Virus record (IMG/VR): IMGVR_UViG_3300046786_000157
Coordinates: 32,001-96,000 of that record
DNA length: 64,000 nucleotides
Reading direction: 5' to 3' (one strand)
From: a virus
In this document: in pieces, positions 40,742 to 47,949 of the stretch
Position numbering within the stretch: the stretch's first letter is position 1
Layout: each line of letters opens with the position of its first letter
Made by a program: the position numbers and the translations under genes
The notes under the pieces: generated by a model
What the model saw: the letters and a program-made list of their open reading frames with translations, nothing else
Databases searched by the model: none
Told to the model about the DNA's origin: nothing

Positions 40742-43700
40742 ATGCTAAGAGATGTATTTTATTACGGACAGAAACCTAACGCCCATCCAAGAGAAAAGTT
40801 TGCACAAGACTTAGTTGATGCTAGAAATCAAGCAACAACAGAACACTTTTGGATCATAAACGAATTTTGCGACTATACAAAGTTTGATTGGGACTTTGAT
40901 TTTGAATTTTTACACGATGACGATGTATGGGCTGAGAGTCATAACAATGTATGGCCTAGTAAATATCAAAAAGATAGTGGCACATGGTTATGTGCAAAAG
41001 AATTTAGTGCTATCATAATCTATCGCAATGACGTAGACCCTGTACCCAGAAAAACTGTTTCACATAAACACTGGCAAGTATTATCGCCTATTGACGAAAC
41101 TAAGTTTGACTTTGGGTGGCATCCTGATCCATCTGACCCTCCGTATATCTACGTTTGGGGCAATCAGTGGTACCCAGGCACAGTAATGCCCACAGTAGAA
41201 TATCATGTTGATGGTGCAACACAGCGCAAATTTGTTGATACAAGTTTGGCGATACTAGCACAGCAACCTAAAAACTTTGAAGTGTTTGAAGAAGTTGACC
41301 ACTTTGACTTTAGTTGGGTTCCTAATCCAACTAGCCCACCTTATATCTATGCTTGGGGCAATCAATGGAATGACCCTGAAGATAAAGTTTCAGTGCAGTA
41401 TGTAGTAGAAGGTGGTACAGAATATAAGTTCATGCATAACAATGCTAGACGCAAACCCTGCATGGACAATTGGGTAGTACCTACTAACGTAGACGTTAGT
41501 AACTTTGATTTTAGTTGGGAGCCAAGCCCAGCAGAACCACCGTTCATATACCAGTTCGGCACACAACATCAAAAGACAGGTGGTCCAAGATACATAGTTG
41601 AAGATGCAACAGAGGTTAAGTACGTTGACATACTAAAAGCCAAAGCATTACCGTCAACAGAAAATTGGACTCTTCCAAATAATATAGACATTGATAACTT
41701 TGATTTTAGTTGGCACCCCGATGATACTAGCCCTCCTTATATCTATTACTTTGCAACACAGTGGGCATTAAGTGGTGGACCTATCTATACAGTACCTGAA
41801 GCGACCGAAGTCAAATACGTAGAAGATGTTCAAGCAAAAGCATTACCAAACAAAGCTAATTGGGAAGTGCCTGCATTCATTGATAGTGATAGCTTTGACT
41901 TTAGCTGGCACCCATATGTAGAAGATGAGCCTTATATCTATCAATTCGGCACACAATGGCAGAAGACAGGTGGCCCTAAGTATATCACCCCCGGCTCACA
42001 CAAGAACAGTCCTGTAAAGTATATTGATACACGTATTCTTAAAGCAAAACGTTTACCATCAAAGCAAGGGTTTACTCATGTGAATGGATCGTTAATTGAA
42101 GATTTTGATTACTCTTGGCACCCTGACACAACAGAAGAACCATACATATATAAATTCGGAAGTCAATGGTATTCAGCAGAGATACTATCTGCGATTGAAT
42201 ATGTTGTTCCCGGTGCAACACAAGTAAAATATGTAACAGATATTATTGCTACGTTAGCACCCTCTAAACAAAACTGGGTTATTGCAGAAGATGTTGAAGT
42301 AGCTAACTTTGACTTTAGTTGGGTGCCTAACCCACATGATCCTCCCTACATTTATCGCTGGGGTAACAAATATGTTAGTAACAAATTCAAGCCCACACTA
42401 GAATATCATGTACCCGATGCAACTGATATCAAGTACATGGATGACAATGTGGAAGTATTACCTGAATGGGATCGCTGGCAACTATTTGGCAATGTTGATA
42501 AAGAAAGTTTTGATTTCTCATGGAGACCTGATCCACGTGAACCTGCTTATATCTATCGTTGGGGTAACAAATACGTTAGTAACAAGTTTAAACCTACGGT
42601 AGAATATCATGTACCAGGAGCAACTGACATTAAGTACATGGATGATAGTGTAGGTGTGCTTCCTGAATGGGATCGTTGGGAAATACCTGATGACATTGAT
42701 AAACAGAGTTTTGATTTCTCATGGAGACCTGATCCATTAGAAGCTGATCTTATTTGGCAGTTCGGTACACAATGGCAGAAGACAGGTGGACCAAGATATG
42801 TAGTTCCTGGCGCCACAGAAGTCAAATACATAGACAAACTAAAAGCTCGCCGCTTACCATCACCCGACAATTGGGAGATGCCGGACAAAGTAAAGATAGC
42901 TAAGTTCGATACTAGCTGGCATCCTGATGCTACTGACGGCCCATACATATATCAATTTGGTACTCAGTGGGTTTTGACAGGTGGACCGAGATATGTAGTT
43001 CCTGGCGCAACTGAAGTTAAGTTCGTTGAAGAAAATAATGCAATTGCCGCACCAGATCACGCACCTTGGATAACACCTAGTGATATTGATGGCATCAGCT
43101 TTGATTACTCTTGGCACCCTCACCCTGATGACCCACCATTCGTCTATCAATTTGGTACACAGTGGCAAAAGACAGGCGGACCTAAATATATTGCTGAAGG
43201 TGCGATTGATGGTGAGACTGCTGTAAAATATATTGACACTCGTATTTTGAAATCTAGACGTTTGCCTAGTAGAAACAACTGGGTTATTGAAAATGCAATT
43301 GATGTAAGCACATTCGATTTTAGTTGGCACCCGGATGCAAACTCTCCTAAGTATATCTATCAATTCGGTACATTGAGTAATGATACAGATGGCCCACGAT
43401 ACGAAGTACCTGATAATAATGGTGAAATTGTATTCTTAGAACGCACTAAGCTTAAAGATGATGAAGTAGCATTCCCTCACTATTTTATTGAAACTACACT
43501 TGATGATTTAGTTAAGAATCATCCTAACGAAGTATTTTGGGCATTAAACCCTGATATTGATTACTCTGCATTTGATTTCAATTGGAGACCTAGTATTGAG
43601 CAAGCACGTTATATACACGCATTTGGCTCAGAGGATAACATCAATACACAAACATACTTTGTGTCAGGTCCTATGTGGCATCAAGGCTACAGAGATATCA

Positions 43701-45481
43701 ACTATGTTGAGAAAAAGATAGAAGTTAACTATATCATTGATTTGTTCTTTGTGGATAGAGGTAACAAAGAATCAAACTCTCGCTTTGAGAGATTGAAACA
43801 ACAATTTGGAAATAGAATACAAAAAACTCGCTACTTGAACAGTTGGGTTGATACAATCAATCGCTGTATCAATCGTTCATCATCTAATCTATGTTGGATA
43901 CTTAATAGTGAACTAGACTATATTGGTTTTGATTTCAAGTATTATCCTAACCCATGGCAGATGAATATGGTTCATGTATTTGGAACACAGTGGAGTCATT
44001 GGGGCACAACCTTCATGGTCAATCGTGAAACGTTTGCAAAAGATACCAAATATGTTAAAATTATTGAACACCTTTCTAATTTGAACTTTGTTAAAGATAG
44101 AAATAGTAGAGCCACTAACTGTTTATATGATGTGTTCTTAGTAGATCATGGTAACCGTAGTGTCACTAAGGTATTGAGAACAATTCAAAGTCGTGTATCA
44201 TCTGATATACCTGTCAATCTTGTAAAGTACACCGATAGTTATTTTGAAACATTTAAAGAACTATTAAAGACACTTCCTGAAAAGAAAGAGCATTACATAT
44301 GGATATGCTCTAGTGTTTGTGATTATGCTAAATTTGATTTTAGTTATATCTGTGATCCATACGCAAAAGAACAACTGCATGTGTTTCCTAGTGACAAACA
44401 GAAGTTTGGTGATACATTCTTAGTTAACGTAAACAAACTACGTGAATTGATAGCAGACATGAGTAAGTTGGAAGAGTATACAAAGATTAATTACAACCAA
44501 CATCAACGTGTTGCTAGACTACCTGCACCATCTATCATAACTGAAGGTGATACACATGTATCTAGTATCAATACTGACTTTGACTTCCCGTATGCAATCT
44601 TTACTGCGAACGACAACACAGACAACGGTATTATTGATGTTGAACCAATGAGCTTATGGTCTCCTGAACACAAGAACATCATTGTTACAACTACGGGTGC
44701 AACTAGAATCATTGCACCTAAAGAAGTTAAAGAATATGTTAAGCGTGAATTGTATGATTATCCGTACATCAAGACTAACAGCAAGCTAGGCAAGTCTACT
44801 CCAATGGACATTGTGTTCTTATCTAATGGTGAGGCAGGTGCAGACGCTAACTACGAACATTTGTTAAGAGTTACACATGGATTAGCTAATCGTGTTGTTA
44901 GAGTAGACGGAGTAAATGGTCGTGTGCAAGCATATCATGCGGCTGCTGATGCAAGCAATACACCTTGGATGTTCACTGTGTTTGCTAAGTTAAAAGTCAG
45001 CAACAAGTTTGATTGGAACTGGCAACCTGATAGAATGCAATTACCTAAACATTATGTATTCCACGCTAAAAACCCAGTTAACGGATTGGTCTATGGTCAC
45101 CAAGCTATGATTGCATATAACAAGAAAATTACATTGAAGAACAACGGTAAGGGTCTTGACTTTACAATGGACGATGAACATGAGATTGTTCCTTTGTTGT
45201 CAGGTGTTGCTAATTTTAATACTGATGTTTGGTCTACGTGGCGTACTAGCTTCCGTGAAGTTGTTAAGTTGAAATCCGACACAACAGACGAGAGTAAAGA
45301 ACGATTGAATGTTTGGATGACAGAGGCGTCAGGTAATCATAGTGAATGGTGTCTACGTGGCGCACAGGATGCTAGTGATTACTTTGATAGTGTAGGCGGT
45401 GACTTCTTTGAACTACGTGACAGTTATGAATGGGCATGGTTAAAGAACAGATTCCTGACATTGTATCCTAATGAAACCTGA
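40742..45481 (+). CDS. 1,579-aa tandem-repeat protein with degenerate GT-A-like C-terminal domains
   Basis: 12 tandem ~65-70-aa repeats (W..P..D...FDFSWxP...PYIYxFGxQW..GGPxY.VPGATEVKY), then several GT-like units. The last unit (DIVFLSNGE...RVDGVNGRVQAYHAAA...NPVNGLVYGH) is homologous to 22071. Confidence 0.7.
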   Translation: MLRDVFYYGQKPNAHPREKFAQDLVDARNQATTEHFWIINEFCDYTKFDWDFDFEFLHDDDVWAESHNNVWPSKYQKDSGTWLCAKEFSAIIIYRNDVDPVPRKTVSHKHWQVLSPIDETKFDFGWHPDPSDPPYIYVWGNQWYPGTVMPTVEYHVDGATQRKFVDTSLAILAQQPKNFEVFEEVDHFDFSWVPNPTSPPYIYAWGNQWNDPEDKVSVQYVVEGGTEYKFMHNNARRKPCMDNWVVPTNVDVSNFDFSWEPSPAEPPFIYQFGTQHQKTGGPRYIVEDATEVKYVDILKAKALPSTENWTLPNNIDIDNFDFSWHPDDTSPPYIYYFATQWALSGGPIYTVPEATEVKYVEDVQAKALPNKANWEVPAFIDSDSFDFSWHPYVEDEPYIYQFGTQWQKTGGPKYITPGSHKNSPVKYIDTRILKAKRLPSKQGFTHVNGSLIEDFDYSWHPDTTEEPYIYKFGSQWYSAEILSAIEYVVPGATQVKYVTDIIATLAPSKQNWVIAEDVEVANFDFSWVPNPHDPPYIYRWGNKYVSNKFKPTLEYHVPDATDIKYMDDNVEVLPEWDRWQLFGNVDKESFDFSWRPDPREPAYIYRWGNKYVSNKFKPTVEYHVPGATDIKYMDDSVGVLPEWDRWEIPDDIDKQSFDFSWRPDPLEADLIWQFGTQWQKTGGPRYVVPGATEVKYIDKLKARRLPSPDNWEMPDKVKIAKFDTSWHPDATDGPYIYQFGTQWVLTGGPRYVVPGATEVKFVEENNAIAAPDHAPWITPSDIDGISFDYSWHPHPDDPPFVYQFGTQWQKTGGPKYIAEGAIDGETAVKYIDTRILKSRRLPSRNNWVIENAIDVSTFDFSWHPDANSPKYIYQFGTLSNDTDGPRYEVPDNNGEIVFLERTKLKDDEVAFPHYFIETTLDDLVKNHPNEVFWALNPDIDYSAFDFNWRPSIEQARYIHAFGSEDNINTQTYFVSGPMWHQGYRDINYVEKKIEVNYIIDLFFVDRGNKESNSRFERLKQQFGNRIQKTRYLNSWVDTINRCINRSSSNLCWILNSELDYIGFDFKYYPNPWQMNMVHVFGTQWSHWGTTFMVNRETFAKDTKYVKIIEHLSNLNFVKDRNSRATNCLYDVFLVDHGNRSVTKVLRTIQSRVSSDIPVNLVKYTDSYFETFKELLKTLPEKKEHYIWICSSVCDYAKFDFSYICDPYAKEQLHVFPSDKQKFGDTFLVNVNKLRELIADMSKLEEYTKINYNQHQRVARLPAPSIITEGDTHVSSINTDFDFPYAIFTANDNTDNGIIDVEPMSLWSPEHKNIIVTTTGATRIIAPKEVKEYVKRELYDYPYIKTNSKLGKSTPMDIVFLSNGEAGADANYEHLLRVTHGLANRVVRVDGVNGRVQAYHAAADASNTPWMFTVFAKLKVSNKFDWNWQPDRMQLPKHYVFHAKNPVNGLVYGHQAMIAYNKKITLKNNGKGLDFTMDDEHEIVPLLSGVANFNTDVWSTWRTSFREVVKLKSDTTDESKERLNVWMTEASGNHSEWCLRGAQDASDYFDSVGGDFFELRDSYEWAWLKNRFLTLYPNET
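41070..43450 (+). repeat. Intragenic tandem coding repeat array (12 units of ~200 nt)
   Basis: The recurring FDFSW(H/R/V)P and QFGTQWQKTGGP motifs are visible in protein and DNA (cagaagacaggtgg recurs). Boundaries approximate. Confidence 0.8.
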
Positions 45482-46157
45482 TGTATATATCTGTGGATGT
45501 AGCTTCTCTACCGGGGCCTATTGTACTGACACACATGTCGAATATAATACCCCGTATCCAGAACTGTTTTGTATAGATAAAACGCTATCCTTCGAAAATA
45601 TTGCATTCAATGGATCATCAAATTATGGAATTGCGAAACAAGTTGAATACGCAATTAAACAACAACCTAAATTAATTTTAGTTAACGTTACTACGTCATT
45701 GAGATTTGACTGGACTATACCAGAGTCACGATTAGAAGATTTACCTACACTTGCTAATTTTGTATTCAACAACAAATTGAATACATTAGAGCCAGACACA
45801 GAAAAATGCGTACACTCGTCTTCTTTGATAACACTAGTCAATGGAAATAAAAATAGAATACTCACTGAATATGTAGCAACATTTGTAGACCCGTGGTTGA
45901 AGAGTGATATGGATAGGTTAATAATTTTAGGTATGATACACCAATTGAAGGTATCAAAAATCCCATATCAGATTGTAAATTTTAATTCTGATTATACATT
46001 TTCGGCACCCTATGTGCTTGAGTACCCTTATAGTGTGTTCACTAAAAATTTTCCAGTTGCGACAGACCCTAATCACTTTAACAGTGCAGGCCACTTAGCA
46101 TTATCTAAAGTATTACTAAGTACAATACCCAAAACTATTGACGTTAACTCTGTATAA
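45471..46157 (+). CDS. SGNH-fold protein
   Basis: CGCSFS, NGSSN, DPNHF..GH. Confidence 0.55.
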   Translation: MKPDVYICGCSFSTGAYCTDTHVEYNTPYPELFCIDKTLSFENIAFNGSSNYGIAKQVEYAIKQQPKLILVNVTTSLRFDWTIPESRLEDLPTLANFVFNNKLNTLEPDTEKCVHSSSLITLVNGNKNRILTEYVATFVDPWLKSDMDRLIILGMIHQLKVSKIPYQIVNFNSDYTFSAPYVLEYPYSVFTKNFPVATDPNHFNSAGHLALSKVLLSTIPKTIDVNSV

Positions 46158-46166
46158 ATATATACT
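46138..46166 (+). promoter_or_regulatory. Composite tmRNA promoter: sigma70 TTGACG-17-TATACT plus late TATAAATA
   Basis: -35 at 46138-43, -10 at 46161-66, full T4 late consensus TATAAATA at 46153-60. Confidence 0.75.
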
Positions 46167-46237
46167 GTAAGTTATTGCTGTATGAAGCAAAGAGAAAAGT
46201 GTTCTGGACGCGGGTTCGACTCCCGCCTGGTCCACCA
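46166..46237 (+). ncRNA. ssrA: tmRNA acceptor piece (ends in encoded CCA)
   Basis: ...TGTTCTGGACGCGGGTTCGACTCCCGCCTGGTCCACCA; 5' end inferred from the promoters. Confidence 0.85.
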
Positions 46238-46248
46238 AAAGTGATCTT

Positions 46249-46383
46249 ATGAATGATAAAATGAAAATTTGTGTAGTGTGTGAGAACTACAATGAGCAGA
46301 ATAAATCCTGTAAGTTGTGTGGGTGCTACATGCCTGCAAAAACATTAGTACCGTTCGTTAAATGCCCCGCAGGCAAATGGTAA
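46249..46383 (+). CDS. 44-aa six-cysteine protein encoded inside the tmRNA intervening segment
   Basis: Hand-translated MNDKMKICVVCENYNEQNKSCKLCGCYMPAKTLVPFVKCPAGKW*. The CxxC...CxxCGC.M..K......CP.GKW pattern matches a small phage Cys-rich family I recall as DUF6171 (unverified). Confidence 0.8.
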   Translation: MNDKMKICVVCENYNEQNKSCKLCGCYMPAKTLVPFVKCPAGKW

Positions 46384-46396
46384 GATTATTTCTGAT

Positions 46397-46615
46397 GGGC
46401 CAGTCATGGTTTCGACAGGGCAAAGAGTAACAGAGTGGACAGCTCGGGAAAGCAGAACCCGTAGGATTGGTAGAATGATCTGAAGCAAGCTAGTCTTGAC
46501 AGTAGGATTTTCCGGTCGTAGAAGCAAAAAACCATAAATGCAAACGATTCAGTTTACGCATTGGCTGCTTGATAAAAGCATCCTAGGGTAAGACATACCT
46601 AGTAACAGAAACTCA
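46397..46615 (+). ncRNA. ssrA: tmRNA coding piece
   Basis: Starts GGGCCAG, carries the A-rich resume context (AAAAAACCATAAAT-GCA) and the tag, then a short CTAGG/CCTAG hairpin and a terminator. 3' end approximate. Confidence 0.85.
46540..46575 (+). other. tmRNA proteolysis-tag reading frame ANDSVYALAA**
   Basis: GCA AAC GAT TCA GTT TAC GCA TTG GCT GCT TGA TAA. Confidence 0.92.
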
Positions 46616-46616
46616 A

Positions 46617-46643
46617 GAAAGGCTCTTCGGAGCCTTTCCTTTT
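46617..46643 (+). terminator. Intrinsic terminator after tmRNA
   Basis: GAAAGGCTC-TTCG-GAGCCTTTC: 9-bp stem with a UUCG loop, followed by CTTTT. Confidence 0.85.
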
Positions 46644-46650
46644 ATAAATA
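46643..46650 (+). promoter_or_regulatory. Late promoter TATAAATA, probably leaderless
   Basis: Abuts the terminator U-tract; ends 5 nt before ATG 46656; no SD. Confidence 0.65.
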
Positions 46651-46655
46651 TTTTA

Positions 46656-47630
46656 ATGAAAAACTTCTTTTGTCCTGCGCCGTGGCGCTCAATTTATTAC
46701 CATGTAAACAAGTCTGCGGTGTGTTGCATTAGCTCTAAGAGATTAGACATGTCTCCTAATGAGTTTCTCAAGAGTGATTACTTAGAAAATTTAAAAACTA
46801 AATTTTTAAACAATGAGTTTGATGAAACATGCACTGGATGTAAGAGACTAGAAGATGCAGGACTACAAAGCATACGCCAACATATGGTTGCATTGTATGG
46901 TGAAGACATAACTCCTAAGATAGATTACATGGAGTTAAGAACTAGCAACTTGTGCAACTTTCAATGTAGGATGTGTAATGCTGATAACAGTTCATTGATT
47001 GCAGGTGAAGTTCGTAACATAACAGACAAAGACTGGGACGAGATATTAACTCTATCAGAAAATTTGAAATACTTGACGTTAACTGGTGGCGAACCATTGT
47101 TGATTAAACACTACTATCAACTATTAGACCATTTAATAGAGAAGAATAGAACAGACATTGAACTAAGAATATACACAAATGCTAGCGTATACAATCCAGT
47201 CTTCATTGAAAAAATGTTAAAGTTTAATACGATTGTAAATCTAAGCATAGATGGAGTAGGAGAAACTGCTAGTACTCAGCGTGTAGGCACTGACTGGAAC
47301 GTAGTCAATGAAAACATACAAAAGTTTTTAGCCTTACCAGTTAAGGTAAAATTCCATTCTACCTTTACAGTTTTGTCTATAGTAGATGTACATTCATTAG
47401 CAGAGTATTTTGCTACGATAGCAAAGACTAACCCGCACTGTGGTTTTTCTGCACATACTGCAATTCTTCCTAAGGACTTAACAATCTATGGTATAGATTC
47501 TTCTAGTGCGGTCACTGCAATAGAAAGCATTGACAAGGCATTAGTAATATTGACTGATCCTAGATTTGGACAACTACGTAAGCAACTTATGTCGTACAGA
47601 ACCATAATTGACAACAAAACCAAAACGTGA
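46656..47630 (+). CDS. Compact radical SAM protein with N-terminal twitch domain
   Basis: FCPAPW...VCC...CTGC; CNFQCRMC; TGGEP; YTN. Confidence 0.85.
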   Translation: MKNFFCPAPWRSIYYHVNKSAVCCISSKRLDMSPNEFLKSDYLENLKTKFLNNEFDETCTGCKRLEDAGLQSIRQHMVALYGEDITPKIDYMELRTSNLCNFQCRMCNADNSSLIAGEVRNITDKDWDEILTLSENLKYLTLTGGEPLLIKHYYQLLDHLIEKNRTDIELRIYTNASVYNPVFIEKMLKFNTIVNLSIDGVGETASTQRVGTDWNVVNENIQKFLALPVKVKFHSTFTVLSIVDVHSLAEYFATIAKTNPHCGFSAHTAILPKDLTIYGIDSSSAVTAIESIDKALVILTDPRFGQLRKQLMSYRTIIDNKTKT

Positions 47631-47636
47631 TATCAT
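47608..47636 (+). promoter_or_regulatory. Early sigma70 promoter TTGACA-17-TATCAT (extended -10)
   Basis: -35 at 47608-13, TG at -15/-14, -10 at 47631-36; ATG 47643 is 6 nt later with no SD. Confidence 0.7.
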
Positions 47637-47642
47637 GTCGTT

Positions 47643-47891
47643 ATGAAAATTAAATACGCTGTTGATTTCCAAGAACTAGAGTTAAAACGTGAACTAGACT
47701 CTGTTGGCTACAACCCTGACTTGAAAAAAATGTACGCTAACATTGCTACTATGGTCACTGAGTTGAGCAAAATGGAAGTGTCTGCACGTAGACTGAATAA
47801 AGATACTTACACACAACCGCATGTTGACAAGATCAACCAAGCAATAGATCATTTAGAAAAATTGATTCTGATGGCAAAACTAATGCGATAA
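47643..47891 (+). CDS. Hypothetical protein (82 aa)
   Basis: ORF between two promoters. Confidence 0.7.
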   Translation: MKIKYAVDFQELELKRELDSVGYNPDLKKMYANIATMVTELSKMEVSARRLNKDTYTQPHVDKINQAIDHLEKLILMAKLMR

Positions 47892-47892
47892 T

Positions 47893-47921
47893 TTGACAAT
47901 AAAACCCATTTGTGCTATACT
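47893..47921 (+). promoter_or_regulatory. Early sigma70 promoter TTGACA-17-TATACT (extended -10)
   Basis: -35 at 47893-98, -10 at 47916-21. Confidence 0.8.
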
Positions 47922-47949
47922 ATTGTTAACTAGTAAATCGGACTACAAA

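Larger units (their letters stand above)
46166..46615 (+). ncRNA. ssrA: Circularly permuted (two-piece) tmRNA gene
   Basis: The 3' tRNA-like part (T arm GCGGG-TTCGACT-CCCGC, then CTGGTCC-ACCA ending 46237) lies upstream of the 5' part (GGGCCAG...TGGTTTCGAC from 46397). Acceptor stem GGGCCAG/CTGGTCC has the G3-U alanine identity pair. Helix-2 pairings CAGGGCA/TGTTCTG and ACAGC/GCTGT. Tag frame ANDSVYALAA with tandem stops. Outer ends approximate. Confidence 0.93.

Noticed and set aside
41070-43450. Possible CRISPR array or DGR template/variable repeats
   Set aside because: The repeats are in-frame, degenerate, ~200-nt coding units with synonymous-site differences. There are no constant 25-45-nt repeats with spacers, no adenine-specific mismatch pattern and no reverse transcriptase.
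46206-46237. tRNA gene suggested by GGTTCGACTCC...CCA
   Set aside because: No anticodon or D arm upstream. The matching acceptor 5' strand lies downstream at 46397 and a tag frame follows, so it is a permuted tmRNA.
46249-46383. Firm SCIFF/ranthipeptide precursor call
   Set aside because: The Cys count and length match only superficially. The spacing is paired CxxC, there is no SCIFF-like leader or CQSACK-type core, and adjacency to an rSAM is weak evidence in an rSAM-rich region. Kept only as a minor hypothesis.
47893-47949. ORF-track N-terminus MTIKPICAILLL... as a signal peptide
   Set aside because: These bases are the -35/-10 promoter; the true start is most likely ATG 47950.
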